64,000 nt of DNA from Bacteroidales bacterium. GTDB taxonomy: Bacteria > Bacteroidota > Bacteroidia > Bacteroidales > ML635J-15. The translations under genes and the position numbers were made by a program. The notes below the pieces were generated by a model. That model did not search any database and was not told the DNA's origin. It was given only the letters and a program-made list of their open reading frames with translations. The stretch covers positions 7,723 to 71,722 of the forward strand of contig JAFZLK010000106.1 in NCBI GenBank assembly GCA_017551515.1, written 5' to 3'. This document shows, piece by piece, positions 14,999 through 24,596 of the stretch. Within the stretch, counting starts at the first letter, position 1. The number at the start of each line of letters is the position of its first letter.

Positions 14999-16681
14999 TT
15001 ATTCCCCTTTATACTCCGACGGCGTTTTTCCGAAGAACTTCTTGAAAGCGCGAGTGAAACTCGACTGGTCGTCGTAGCCGCAACGGAGAGCGACATCCAT
15101 AATTGAAAGCGACTGGTCGGTGTCGAGCAGGTTGCGGGCCTTCTGCATGCGGATGCTTGTGATGTAGGCTTGCGGTGTGGTGTCGGCAACTGCAGCAAGG
15201 CGCCGACGGAACTGCGAAGTACTCATGGCAAGCTTCGACGCCAATTCATCAACATTGACACACGAAGCGTCTATCTGGTCGTTGATAATGGTCATTGTTT
15301 TCGTCAGGAACTGCTTGTCGCTCTCAGAAAGATCATCGGCATCGGGATTCTCGACCCTGATGATGTTCGCAAACTTTTCGTAAAGTTGCTCGTAATTGTT
15401 TTTCAACTCGTTGAAATCTAGCGAAATCTGCTTCAAACGATTTTGCTGCAACCTTGAACGACGACGCACACGCACATAAAAGAACACAATCACGCCCAAC
15501 AGCAAAATTGCCACAGCAATACCTACCGCCAGTATTATATTTCTATTCTTTACCTTTTGGTTTTCGTCCGACAAGTGTTCGTTGTCGTACTCGGCGGTGT
15601 AACGGGCAAGGCTCTCAGTAGCACCTTCATAGTAAAGTTTGTTCTTGATGTCGTTGTACTTGTCGAGTTCGATTTTTGCGCTGTCAGGATTTATGTCCCA
15701 CAAGGCCTCGTAAAGTCCCTTGCGTGCCTGCAGTTCGTTGAACGGATTGTTCATCTTGTTGCACAAGTCAGCCGACTCACGGAAATTATCTACAGCCTGT
15801 CTTTTCTGACCAAGAGCCATCAGCGCAGTACCGTTGTTGGTCAACGAGATAGCCAGCGACTGAACATTTCCCGTCTTACGGAAATAAGGTATTATGGTAT
15901 CGAAAATAGCAATGGCTTCCTCGTTGTTGCCCATACCTACCAGAATCGTGGCCTTTTGTGCAAGACGGACATTGAGATAGGGTTCCCTATTCTGCTGGCG
16001 TTCGAGCGAGACAGCACGGTCAGCATATTTGAGTGCTTCATCAAAATGACCGAGCGAGAACTCTGTTTCCGACAAGGTTCCGCAAGTGCGCGCAATTCGG
16101 GCAGGGTCGCAGGTCTTTTCGGCATACACCAAGGCCTCCTCCATGTAAACCAGTCCCTGCTGCGACTGCTTAGCGGAAACATAGATAGAACCAATTATGT
16201 TCAGGGAAGCACTTATGCGGTCGTTGTCGCCCGATTCGCGGTCAATCTGATTGCAGAGTTTGGCGTAACTGATAGCATCGTCGTACTTCGACTGACGCAT
16301 ATAGCAGATTGCAATCACGCTCAGGCATTCGCGCTCGTTCTCCTTATCGCCACAAGCTTGCAGCAAGGGCAACGCAACCAGACTGTAATCCGAACCTTTG
16401 TCGTAACGCTGCGTTGCCAAGTACCATTCGCCAGCCCAAAAGCAAACCGTCTTGCGCAAAGTGTCGGCCGGAGCATTGCTGTCGAAAATAATTGCATTGT
16501 CGGCAATTTGCTTTTCCGCAAAGCAAGTCATCAACCTGTTGGCATCCTTTACAGTCGGATTTTTGTCAAACACCGTCATCAAGGAATCAATCTCGTCGCC
16601 CTTGGCAAGATTTGCGCCAATGACAACAAACAATAGTGTCACTGCTAACAATTTCATATTTCTCATATCCAAAATTCCCAT
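14999..16681 (-). CDS. membrane-spanning TPR-repeat / AraC-type HTH transcriptional regulator
   Basis: Order: N-terminal signal/anchor, about 350 aa of TPR-like repeats, TM helix NIILAVGIAVAILLLGVIVFFYV, then C-terminal AraC HTH (QAYITSIRMQKARNLL..GYDDQSSFTRAFKKFFG). The start could instead be at 16666 or 16657. Confidence 0.8.
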   Translation of the reverse strand: MGILDMRNMKLLAVTLLFVVIGANLAKGDEIDSLMTVFDKNPTVKDANRLMTCFAEKQIADNAIIFDSNAPADTLRKTVCFWAGEWYLATQRYDKGSDYSLVALPLLQACGDKENERECLSVIAICYMRQSKYDDAISYAKLCNQIDRESGDNDRISASLNIIGSIYVSAKQSQQGLVYMEEALVYAEKTCDPARIARTCGTLSETEFSLGHFDEALKYADRAVSLERQQNREPYLNVRLAQKATILVGMGNNEEAIAIFDTIIPYFRKTGNVQSLAISLTNNGTALMALGQKRQAVDNFRESADLCNKMNNPFNELQARKGLYEALWDINPDSAKIELDKYNDIKNKLYYEGATESLARYTAEYDNEHLSDENQKVKNRNIILAVGIAVAILLLGVIVFFYVRVRRRSRLQQNRLKQISLDFNELKNNYEQLYEKFANIIRVENPDADDLSESDKQFLTKTMTIINDQIDASCVNVDELASKLAMSTSQFRRRLAAVADTTPQAYITSIRMQKARNLLDTDQSLSIMDVALRCGYDDQSSFTRAFKKFFGKTPSEYKGE

Positions 16682-16720
16682 CTTCCTTATTACTGAAAAA
16701 GTTAAGTTAATAGTAAACTA

Positions 16721-16728
16721 CAAAGTTA
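16721..16728 (-). promoter_or_regulatory. candidate -7 box (TAACTTTG on the minus strand) for the TPR/AraC gene
   Basis: caaagtta on the plus strand, 40 nt upstream of the ATG at 16681. Confidence 0.4.
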
Positions 16729-16748
16729 CGCCCGTGCGCACGAACAAG

Positions 16749-16793
16749 TTTGACATTTTCTTACAAAAATTATGCAGAATCTTACAAACTGAC
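16749..16793 (-). promoter_or_regulatory. 45-nt operator-like motif, copy A (two TCTTACAAA half-sites 21 bp apart)
   Basis: tcttacaaa occurs at 16759-16767 and 16780-16788. The motif begins 20 nt upstream of the -7 box. Confidence 0.55.
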
Positions 16794-16945
16794 ACGAAGC
16801 CGTATTGCTATCTCCTTCACAATCAAGGAATCATATTATACCTTAATTAATGTTTGACAAAAGTAAAAATAATTTATGTAATAGAGAATAACGGAGATTA
16901 ATTTTTAGTATGTTTGTTTCATTGCAACACATTGTGTCGCTGAAA

Positions 16946-17410
16946 TCAAAATCTCATATCGGACTTCATCAACCGTTTAAAAATATTCCGCACAATTGGA
17001 CAAGTCTCGGCATTCAACTCGCAAATTTTCAGTATGCTTTTAATGTTCTTTGAATCGGTATGCGGATATTCGCGACATGCCTTTGTGCGTGAATTGTACA
17101 ACATGCAGTAATTGTCGGGCATAAGGAAAGGACAAGGCATTTCCTTGAAAACATAATCCCCATCCTCATCAATGCGAAGATACAGGGCAATAAAAGCCGA
17201 TTCCTTCATTTTCAAATGAGTAGCCATGCGAGCTATGTCGTTTTGTATGAAGCGTGGACCAAGAGTGCGACAGCAATTGGCACATAGCAGGCAATCTATT
17301 TTCTCCGATTCCTCATCGTGCAGACGATGAAACAAGGCATCCAACTTCTTACCATCCAGTCGCTTAAGGCGTTTTATCAAATCGGAGTATTCGCCGTCCA
17401 TGCTATTCAA
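16946..17410 (-). CDS. YkgJ-family (UPF0153, CxxCxxCC) metal-cluster protein
   Basis: CLLCANCCRTLGP and a second Cys group (CPFL..C..C). 154 aa. Confidence 0.7.
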   Translation of the reverse strand: MNSMDGEYSDLIKRLKRLDGKKLDALFHRLHDEESEKIDCLLCANCCRTLGPRFIQNDIARMATHLKMKESAFIALYLRIDEDGDYVFKEMPCPFLMPDNYCMLYNSRTKACREYPHTDSKNIKSILKICELNAETCPIVRNIFKRLMKSDMRF

Positions 17411-18662
17411 CCTTTACCACTCTGTGCGACACCGAAACGCCCTCTGACTTTATGCTCACAATGTAAACACCATTGGGCAAGTCCGAAACATCGCGTACAA
17501 CAACCTCATCATCTGCAACTTGAACTGAATACGAAAGCACAAACCTTCCTAGCGAAGAATATACATTCACTGCAACTTCGCGAGGCTTTTCAGTTCTTAG
17601 TCTTACCACAAGTTCGTCATTCACAGGATTTTGCACAATCGACTGAAAACTGGCATCAGTATTTTCGGATGCATAACCGACATTGCCAAAATCCAACTCA
17701 GCTACAACTGGAAGATGGTCACTCATATTGTAGAGTGCATCAATCACATTGCTTGGCAAGGTATTGTTAGTCGGAGAATTAATAGAACCGTTGAACCTGT
17801 TTCCATCTTGACCTACAGCCCAGTACGAATCCTGACAATAGGTTATGCCTTTTGTTCCATTAATGATGCTTGATGACATGAGTATGAAGTCGAAACGGTC
17901 ATCCATACCGCCACCCGAAAAGCAATCGTTGTTACCGCTATGTGTCGACTGCGTGTGATATTCACTAAAATTCCAGTTATTGTTCCACTCTCCCATCTGG
18001 TTTAAAGGGTCGTAGAATGCAATCGGCAAGTAAGATGGATTTACAAGATACTGAAATGCTGGCTCTGACGCCCGATACACATTGAAGTCGCCACAGACAA
18101 TGTAATTGTCGCTGTTGCCCTGTGCAGTAAGATAATTCACAAGCTGTTGGATTTCTGTGCCACGTTGTGATTCATAGCCAGTTCCTGCCTTTAAATGGAC
18201 AATCGCAACCTTTAAAGTATCATTAGAGTAAAGATGCTTCAGTTTGTAAATGTTTATCTCGCGGATGTCGGTATCGACCTTTGTCTGGGCAACAAGTTTT
18301 AGTTTTGTATTATCATAAAAAAGAGCATTGTTCAGGTATTCGTTTCCAGATGCCGATGCTGCCGACCAGCGCCTTACTCCATTAACATTCAGCGAATTTC
18401 CAAGAATATAATAAATCGTAGATGATAAATTGGGATTTTTTCCAACTTCGCAGCAACAAAGTATGTCTGGTTGTTGGTTTGCGACAATTGTCGCCAAATA
18501 ACCAGCTTTGGACTGATGTGAATTGTTTTGTGTTGTACAGTAGCTTGTATAATTATTGAAATTCAACAAATTATAACTCATAACCTTAATTCTTCCCTGC
18601 GAAAAGCCTTGCAGGGAAAGCAAGATTACAACGGCAAAGAATATTCCGAACCTACAACGCAT
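17403..18662 (-). CDS. endonuclease/exonuclease/phosphatase (EEP) family protein with T9SS C-terminal sorting domain
   Basis: Signal peptide, EEP-like core (IVCGDFN, SDHLPV), and a C-terminal beta-sandwich tail ending GVYIVSIKSEGVSVSHRVVKVE. Confidence 0.75.
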   Translation of the reverse strand: MRCRFGIFFAVVILLSLQGFSQGRIKVMSYNLLNFNNYTSYCTTQNNSHQSKAGYLATIVANQQPDILCCCEVGKNPNLSSTIYYILGNSLNVNGVRRWSAASASGNEYLNNALFYDNTKLKLVAQTKVDTDIREINIYKLKHLYSNDTLKVAIVHLKAGTGYESQRGTEIQQLVNYLTAQGNSDNYIVCGDFNVYRASEPAFQYLVNPSYLPIAFYDPLNQMGEWNNNWNFSEYHTQSTHSGNNDCFSGGGMDDRFDFILMSSSIINGTKGITYCQDSYWAVGQDGNRFNGSINSPTNNTLPSNVIDALYNMSDHLPVVAELDFGNVGYASENTDASFQSIVQNPVNDELVVRLRTEKPREVAVNVYSSLGRFVLSYSVQVADDEVVVRDVSDLPNGVYIVSIKSEGVSVSHRVVKVE

Positions 18663-18671
18663 AATTCAATA

Positions 18672-21551
18672 CTAATTCATAACGGTTTTCTGCTTGACTT
18701 CTACAATCTTGCCATATTTAGCGAGTTCTTTCATGTCTATTTTCTTCTTGTTACCGACAATGGTAATAAGCACCGGACGACCAGCAATGTTTTGCTTGTA
18801 GAAATCAACTATATTGTCAAATTCCAATGACTTATATACTTCGTACTGCATAATACGCGGGTCTTCCTTGTAGCCGAAAAGTCTCCATTTCTCAACGGTT
18901 TCGGTAATATTGCGCTCATCGGGTTTGGATGTCAGCAACGACTGCATCAAATAATCCTTCACGCCACGCATACGCTTTTCCTTCCGTGGCATATCTTTGA
19001 TAAGTCCTGTCATAACCGAAATCGCCTCTATTGTCTTGTCGCTCTGTGTTCCCACAAATGCCAAGAACTTAGACTTTTCCTTTTGCGTCAAACCACTTCT
19101 GCTTACAGCGTATGCTGAATATGCCATCGAGCGAAATTCCCTAATCTCTTGGAATACAAGCGATGACATACCTGTACCGAAATACTGGTTAAATGCATCC
19201 TGACTAGCCATCTGCTTTTCGTCAAGCACTTCGCCCTCAATGTAGAAGTATATCTTACTCTGAGCCGCCTTAGAATCGTTGATGAGCAATATTGTATTCT
19301 CGGCATATTGCTTTGTCGGCAAAACCTTCGGGAAATCACCGCTAGCTGATATAGAACCTAAATCCATGGTTTTTAGCATAAAAATCACATCATCCGTACT
19401 CAAATTACCAGAATAATGCACGGTTAACGGGGAAGTCTTTACCTGCGAAAGGGCAGACACCATGTCATCGGATGTAATTTTCGAAATTTCCTTTGCACTT
19501 GTCCTGCGCAAATACCTTGAATTCTCGCCATAAATGCCGTACTGCAGCAATGCCGATGCAATATCGTCTGTCGATTTGCGCTCCATCTGGCGGGACATCG
19601 CATCCTCCTCAACAATCCTTTTTAGTTTTGAATCATCTGACTTTGCATCCTTAAGCAGGCTAATGACCAAACTAACCGACTCCTTAAAATACTTGTTGAA
19701 ACCGTCAATTGAAACGGTAAAATAATTGTCGTCGGCAGAAATTGAATACGATGCTGCATATTTCTGAAGTTCTTTGTTGAATTCGTCGTTTGTGTATTTT
19801 GATGTACCTATATACTGAAGATATGACGCCAGTTGATCGTATTTCGGATTATCCTTCAATCCCGTCTTGAACTTTATCTCCATGTTGAAGATGTCATTCT
19901 GGTCGAACTTTGAATAGTATAAGTCAACACCTTTAGCAATGCCATAAAACTCATAATCTTCTCCTTCCTTTACAAACTTTGGCGACATCGATTTCACTGG
20001 CATATCCTCAAATCTCAGAGCATAATCGGACGAAACCTCGGCATTTTCTGGAACAACTGGGTCGAAACCGGGTTTGTCCAACTTGTCCTTGCTCGGAAAA
20101 CCCATTTTTGAATGGTATGACAGATAGTTGTCGTTCAAATACTTTTCCGCAACCTTTTTAATGTCCTCAGGAGTTATGGTCTTTATATATTTCGGATAAG
20201 CAAGCACTTCGTCCCATTCCATGCCTGTAAGAAAACATTCTCCCATCTTGTAGGCACGCATCTCAGGATCTTCCATTTCCGACTCAAAATCCTTTATCAT
20301 TTCGAGCTTTATTGCCTCCAATTGCTCCTTGTCAACCTCCTCGGTACGCAGACGCTTTATTTCGTTAACTACCAGCGCTTCAGCATCCTCGAACTTCTGT
20401 CCTATGATTTTTGGAACGTACAATACCATCATTCCGCCATGGTCGAGGCGTTCGTTGTTGAGTGCCATTGCCGCCAACAACTTTCTGTCGTTCATAAGTT
20501 TGTCCAAGTAACCCGTTGATGATGCATTATTCAACAAAGTCTGGCATACGGAAAGTACATATTTATCCTTGTTGTTCATTGTCACCGTTCGGTAGCCAAG
20601 CACACCCATACGGACTGGTGTCAGCGCAACTTCGACCGATTCTACGCCATTGAAAGGCTTTTCCTCGTATTTGGGATATTCAGGAACTTCGCCCTTACGC
20701 CATTCGCCAAAATATTTTTCAATCATCGGTTTAATTTCCGAAATTTTGAAATTTCCCGTCATTATCAAAGCCATATTATTTGCGACATAATATGTATCAT
20801 ACATTTTCTGCATGGCCGTAAGTGACGGATTCTTAATATGGTCGGCTTTTCCTATGACTGTCTGTGTTCCGTATGGATGGTTCTTGTAGAAATGCGACAA
20901 AAACGACTCCATAAGGTTTGAAGTAAACTCATCAGCATACATGTTCTTCTCCTCGAACACCGTCTCCAACTCCGACTGGAACAACCTGAAAACCGGATGT
21001 TTGAATCTATGCGAGTACAACTCCATCCATTTTTCCATCTGTCCTACTGGAAATGCATTGAAATAAGCGACAACCTCATCAGATGTGAAAGCGTTTACCA
21101 TTGTTGCTCCCATTCCATCAAGCAACTTATCGAGTTCGTTTGGAATAGCGTACTTTCCTGCCTTGAGCGACAATTCATTGATTTCCTTTTGGATTTCCTT
21201 GCGACGAGCATCGTCTGTTGTTGCTGCAAGCTCATCATATTTCATCGAAATGCTGTCCAAGTAAACCTTTTCTGCCTTATAGTCAATGGTTCCTATTTCA
21301 TCTGTACCCTTAAACATCATGTGTTCAAGGTAGTGCGATGTACCGGTATGGTCGGCAGGATCATATTTTCCTCCCGTCTTGATTGCTATAGCACCAAGAA
21401 CCACCGAAGCATTCGGGTCTTCGTTAAGATATACATTCAGTCCATTGGACAACTCGTAATGCACAACATCAAGACTTTTATTCTTTTGTGAAAACGCAAC
21501 TAAGCAACAGGCTATAGCCAAGAGCAAAAAAACTATTTTTTTCATATCCAA
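18672..21551 (-). CDS. M16 (insulinase/pitrilysin) family zinc peptidase, double-length
   Basis: HYLEH inverted zinc motif (HxxEH) near the N-terminus. 959 aa with a signal peptide. Confidence 0.85.
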   Translation of the reverse strand: MDMKKIVFLLLAIACCLVAFSQKNKSLDVVHYELSNGLNVYLNEDPNASVVLGAIAIKTGGKYDPADHTGTSHYLEHMMFKGTDEIGTIDYKAEKVYLDSISMKYDELAATTDDARRKEIQKEINELSLKAGKYAIPNELDKLLDGMGATMVNAFTSDEVVAYFNAFPVGQMEKWMELYSHRFKHPVFRLFQSELETVFEEKNMYADEFTSNLMESFLSHFYKNHPYGTQTVIGKADHIKNPSLTAMQKMYDTYYVANNMALIMTGNFKISEIKPMIEKYFGEWRKGEVPEYPKYEEKPFNGVESVEVALTPVRMGVLGYRTVTMNNKDKYVLSVCQTLLNNASSTGYLDKLMNDRKLLAAMALNNERLDHGGMMVLYVPKIIGQKFEDAEALVVNEIKRLRTEEVDKEQLEAIKLEMIKDFESEMEDPEMRAYKMGECFLTGMEWDEVLAYPKYIKTITPEDIKKVAEKYLNDNYLSYHSKMGFPSKDKLDKPGFDPVVPENAEVSSDYALRFEDMPVKSMSPKFVKEGEDYEFYGIAKGVDLYYSKFDQNDIFNMEIKFKTGLKDNPKYDQLASYLQYIGTSKYTNDEFNKELQKYAASYSISADDNYFTVSIDGFNKYFKESVSLVISLLKDAKSDDSKLKRIVEEDAMSRQMERKSTDDIASALLQYGIYGENSRYLRRTSAKEISKITSDDMVSALSQVKTSPLTVHYSGNLSTDDVIFMLKTMDLGSISASGDFPKVLPTKQYAENTILLINDSKAAQSKIYFYIEGEVLDEKQMASQDAFNQYFGTGMSSLVFQEIREFRSMAYSAYAVSRSGLTQKEKSKFLAFVGTQSDKTIEAISVMTGLIKDMPRKEKRMRGVKDYLMQSLLTSKPDERNITETVEKWRLFGYKEDPRIMQYEVYKSLEFDNIVDFYKQNIAGRPVLITIVGNKKKIDMKELAKYGKIVEVKQKTVMN

Positions 21552-22433
21552 TTATTTATATTTCTTTTTAAAATCTTTTTTCTTCAAAACAAATGTAGAA
21601 ACTATCGAGATTCCATTCTTTGGGCTACGATCTAAATCCGTTTCCACCTTCGATAATTTATCCAAAATATCCATTCCCACCACAATCTCGCCAAAAACAG
21701 TATAGAAGCCCTCGAACATCGGCACTCCACCCCTCACTTTGTACTTGTCAATGTTATTTTCCGATATTGAGAACAACTCAACTCCATCGTTTTCAATCTG
21801 TGGTTTCACCATTTTCATCACGGTAGCATACAATTCGTTGTACAGCTTCATTGTTTTCATTGTGTGCAAAGCATCGAGACTGTCTTTCAATACCTTGTTT
21901 TCTGGCAAAGTCAAAAACTTGTCTATATATATCTTATAGGTATCGCGATTTCGAATTGCAACAGTAGTCTTTATTTCGTGAATGTCAATATTCTTGCTTC
22001 CATCAATAATGAAAAACAAGCTGGCATCGGATTTTTTTTCGGGATTTTTTGGTCCTTCAATCCGCTTCATTGCCACTGTGCCACGCAATGGTAGAATCTT
22101 TTCGTTGAACTCGGCAGGCAAAGTTCTGTCGCTGTCAAAATCCGCAGCAAGCATATCCTTTTCCGAGAATCCTTTGCGCAGTCCGAACGAATATTCGCTG
22201 TTGCGAACAGCATTATACACCATAGTTTCATTGTAAAAATTCGATGAACATTTCTTCATAAAATTATCGCGATGAGCTGGTGTTCCTTGATACAAACCAA
22301 CTACAAAACTGCCCGCAGTTGTTTCTATTTCAACATAATTCTTTACTTTCAACGGATTGCGGAGAACTGAGCAGGACTGCAAAAATCCGGCAGCGAAAAA
22401 GCATAAAAAAAGTATCCGCAATATTTTTTTCAC
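21552..22433 (-). CDS. cyclophilin-type peptidyl-prolyl isomerase, lipoprotein
   Basis: Lipobox LQSC. Split cyclophilin signature (GTPAHRDNFMKK .. FGEIVVGMDILDKL). Confidence 0.65.
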   Translation of the reverse strand: MKKILRILFLCFFAAGFLQSCSVLRNPLKVKNYVEIETTAGSFVVGLYQGTPAHRDNFMKKCSSNFYNETMVYNAVRNSEYSFGLRKGFSEKDMLAADFDSDRTLPAEFNEKILPLRGTVAMKRIEGPKNPEKKSDASLFFIIDGSKNIDIHEIKTTVAIRNRDTYKIYIDKFLTLPENKVLKDSLDALHTMKTMKLYNELYATVMKMVKPQIENDGVELFSISENNIDKYKVRGGVPMFEGFYTVFGEIVVGMDILDKLSKVETDLDRSPKNGISIVSTFVLKKKDFKKKYK

Positions 22434-22501
22434 AAATTATTAAATTTATATTGTTTTTTTTACTAATATTGTCGGCGTAAAATTAGAAAAAAATTTCAAG
22501 A

Positions 22502-22921
22502 ATGGATATGAAAAAAAATGTTGTAATATTTTTGGTATTAGCCATAGCGATTGGTGCAATGGTTATGATTGGCAGTTGCCGCCAACCTGTTCCGCCAAAG
22601 GCTATTGTAAAAATTGTCGATACTGACAAACAGCCTGTCGAAAATGCAATGGTGATTGTTAAAGCCAACAATTCGGACAGCGCGCACACCATGGTGTATT
22701 TCAAGGATGAAACAAAATCGGTTGCCGACACTCAGTACACATCTTCTGACGGTACGCTCGAATACGAATTCAAATACGAATCGATATTAAAGGTTGAAGC
22801 AACCAAAGGGACCGACAGAAGCCATCCGTTCATCAGAAGAGGCATGGGTGTTCTTGTTCTCGAAAACAACAAGACTGCCGAAGTTACAATTGAAATTAAC
22901 GAACAAACTGTATTCAATTAG
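22502..22921 (+). CDS. small lipoprotein with carboxypeptidase-regulatory-like beta-sandwich
   Basis: Leader ending GSC. The pattern VKIVDTDKQPVENAMVIV..SDGTLEYEF resembles a CarbopepD_reg-like fold. Confidence 0.45.
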   Translation: MDMKKNVVIFLVLAIAIGAMVMIGSCRQPVPPKAIVKIVDTDKQPVENAMVIVKANNSDSAHTMVYFKDETKSVADTQYTSSDGTLEYEFKYESILKVEATKGTDRSHPFIRRGMGVLVLENNKTAEVTIEINEQTVFN

Positions 22922-22929
22922 GATTTAAT

Positions 22930-24150
22930 ATGAAAAGATTTTTATCAGCCATTATACTTGTGGCATTTAGCGTTTGTGCTTTCGCTCAGGTGACAATTAC
23001 ATCCAGCAATTATTATCAGCCCGGAAGCATTGCAAGAGATGTTTATACTGTTGGAAATGATGCAACAGATTCTGTATCAACTGCGAACATTTTGACGACA
23101 CCGCTAAAATTCGGCAAATCACTCGAAACTCAATTTGTCAACACGACAGACTCGTTAATTTATTCAGAACCAGCAACAGAAGGGAAATTTACAGATGAAA
23201 CTTGCTCATTTGCAGATAGAAATGGAATGCGCATGCATCTAAAAGTTACTGAAGCAAAAGCCATCTGCCTAGGCGTTAGCGGAGCTTTGGCTCAATTGGG
23301 ACTTAACGACGACATAGAAGTTCCATTCGAAGAAGCAATGGATGTCATAACTTTTCCTGCACAGCTGAATTCGCAGACCAACAGCACAGCTCACGGCGTG
23401 TACCGTGAACATATCAGCGCATTGCAAGAATCTTTTTCAAGCATGGGATACGGCATGATTTACGATTTTGTTGTAGCCGAATATGACTCAATAATGATTG
23501 ACATACAAGTAACTTATAATTCGGTTTTTGATGAAACTGGAACATTAAAACTATCTGGCATCAGAATGTTGCAAGGCGATTATGAATATTTGCGAGAAAA
23601 AAGACAATACTCATACGTAACCAACATGTATATGCAAAGAAATGGTAGCACAGAGTTTACTATCATCAGTGATTGTACACTTACAAATCCAATGTTTGCA
23701 TATTATTTTGGAAGCGAAACCATAAATCTAGGAGATGCATTGGAAATGATGATGGGATTGTCGTTTCCAATGACATCGTCAAGCGTAACATTAAACTACT
23801 GGAGAGCTGACGACAATTACCCGATAGTTGAAATGGCAACCAATCCAAATTTAACTTACACCAAGCATATTGCAATAAGATATGGAGAAAACGATTCTGA
23901 TTTCGTGAAAGAAGCAGAAATTGCCGTTAATATATACCCTAATCCAACAACAGATTGCCTTAACATTGCAATAGACGATCTTGACAATGGCACAATGCAA
24001 ATATACACAACAAACGGTTCCCTCGTAAAAGAGGTCGAATTGAATGGCAACAATAACAGCATAAGTGTAAATGAGTTACATAACGGATGTTATTTCTTCA
24101 AGATTTCATACGGAGATAAAGAAATAAAAGGTAATTTTGCAAAAAATTAA
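22930..24150 (+). CDS. secreted protein of unknown function with T9SS C-terminal sorting domain
   Basis: Signal peptide. C-terminal IYPNPTTDCLNIA..GCYFFKISYGDKEIKGNFAKN is typical of a T9SS CTD. Confidence 0.7.
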   Translation: MKRFLSAIILVAFSVCAFAQVTITSSNYYQPGSIARDVYTVGNDATDSVSTANILTTPLKFGKSLETQFVNTTDSLIYSEPATEGKFTDETCSFADRNGMRMHLKVTEAKAICLGVSGALAQLGLNDDIEVPFEEAMDVITFPAQLNSQTNSTAHGVYREHISALQESFSSMGYGMIYDFVVAEYDSIMIDIQVTYNSVFDETGTLKLSGIRMLQGDYEYLREKRQYSYVTNMYMQRNGSTEFTIISDCTLTNPMFAYYFGSETINLGDALEMMMGLSFPMTSSSVTLNYWRADDNYPIVEMATNPNLTYTKHIAIRYGENDSDFVKEAEIAVNIYPNPTTDCLNIAIDDLDNGTMQIYTTNGSLVKEVELNGNNNSISVNELHNGCYFFKISYGDKEIKGNFAKN

Positions 24151-24160
24151 TTAAAGGTCT

Positions 24161-24237
24161 GGGGTATTAGCTCAGTTGGCTAGAGTGCATGGCTGGCAGC
24201 CATGAGGTCATCGGTTCGACCCCGATATACTCCACCA
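24161..24237 (+). tRNA. tRNA-Ala, anticodon GGC
   Basis: The cloverleaf folds by hand: acceptor GGGGTAT/ATACTCC with G3:U70, anticodon loop CTGGCAG, T-arm ATCGG-TTCGACC-CCGAT, and an encoded CCA. Confidence 0.9.
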
Positions 24238-24242
24238 GAAGG
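24223..24242 (+). repeat. 20-bp direct repeat, copy 1 (tRNA-Ala 3' end; att-like)
   Basis: cgatatactccaccagaagg is identical to 25402-25421. Confidence 0.9.
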
Positions 24243-24277
24243 GATTGCGAAAACTTCGCAATCCTTTTATTTTTTTC
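24242..24277 (+). terminator. hairpin plus T-run immediately after tRNA-Ala
   Basis: ggattgcga-aaact-tcgcaatcc followed by ttttattttttt. Confidence 0.65.
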
Positions 24278-24561
24278 TATCTTATTAAAAATCAGTACAA
24301 AAGCAATAACTTTTGCATATTACAATTTTGTGATATTTTTGCAATTTTTGTAATTTTTTTGATATTTTTGCTACCCAAATACAATATCATTGCTACCATA
24401 ATTGCTGATGACTGGCGAGGGTGAAATGCTGCACGAGTTGGGGGTATAGAACTTGCAAAGGCGAAAGCAAAGGAACTGCTCGAATATGCCGAGGAGCGTA
24501 CAATGCAAGGCGACAATTAGAGTGATAAAGAAAAAATATTTGCATTACGGATTTTTTTGTT

Positions 24562-24569
24562 TAACTTTG
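24562..24569 (+). promoter_or_regulatory. candidate -7 box (TAACTTTG) for the TA pair
   Basis: Lies 27 nt upstream of the ATG at 24597. Confidence 0.4.
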
Positions 24570-24596
24570 CAAAAGATAATTTAATTGTTTCTGATT

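Noticed and set aside
14908-15198. 96-aa minus-strand ORF ending in the right-hand vapBC repeat with the same caa-tag as vapC.
   Set aside because: It overlaps the 3' end of the TPR/AraC gene in another frame, and its translation is Ser/Arg/Thr-rich nonsense. The shared stop is simply part of the repeated sequence.
15557-16636. 359-aa ORF on the + strand, the longest unexplained ORF in the track.
   Set aside because: It lies entirely antisense to the TPR/AraC gene, which has clear domain signatures. Its translation is V/L/R-rich low-complexity sequence with no motif, and no promoter box or plausible start context is present. It is most likely a shadow ORF.
24400-24516. Possible gene remnant in the tRNA islet; one + frame reads ..ELAKAKAKELLEYAEERTMQGDN-stop.
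   Set aside because: Only about 30 codons are open, with stops in all neighbouring frames and no assignable family. It could be a decayed island gene, but the sequence alone cannot support that.
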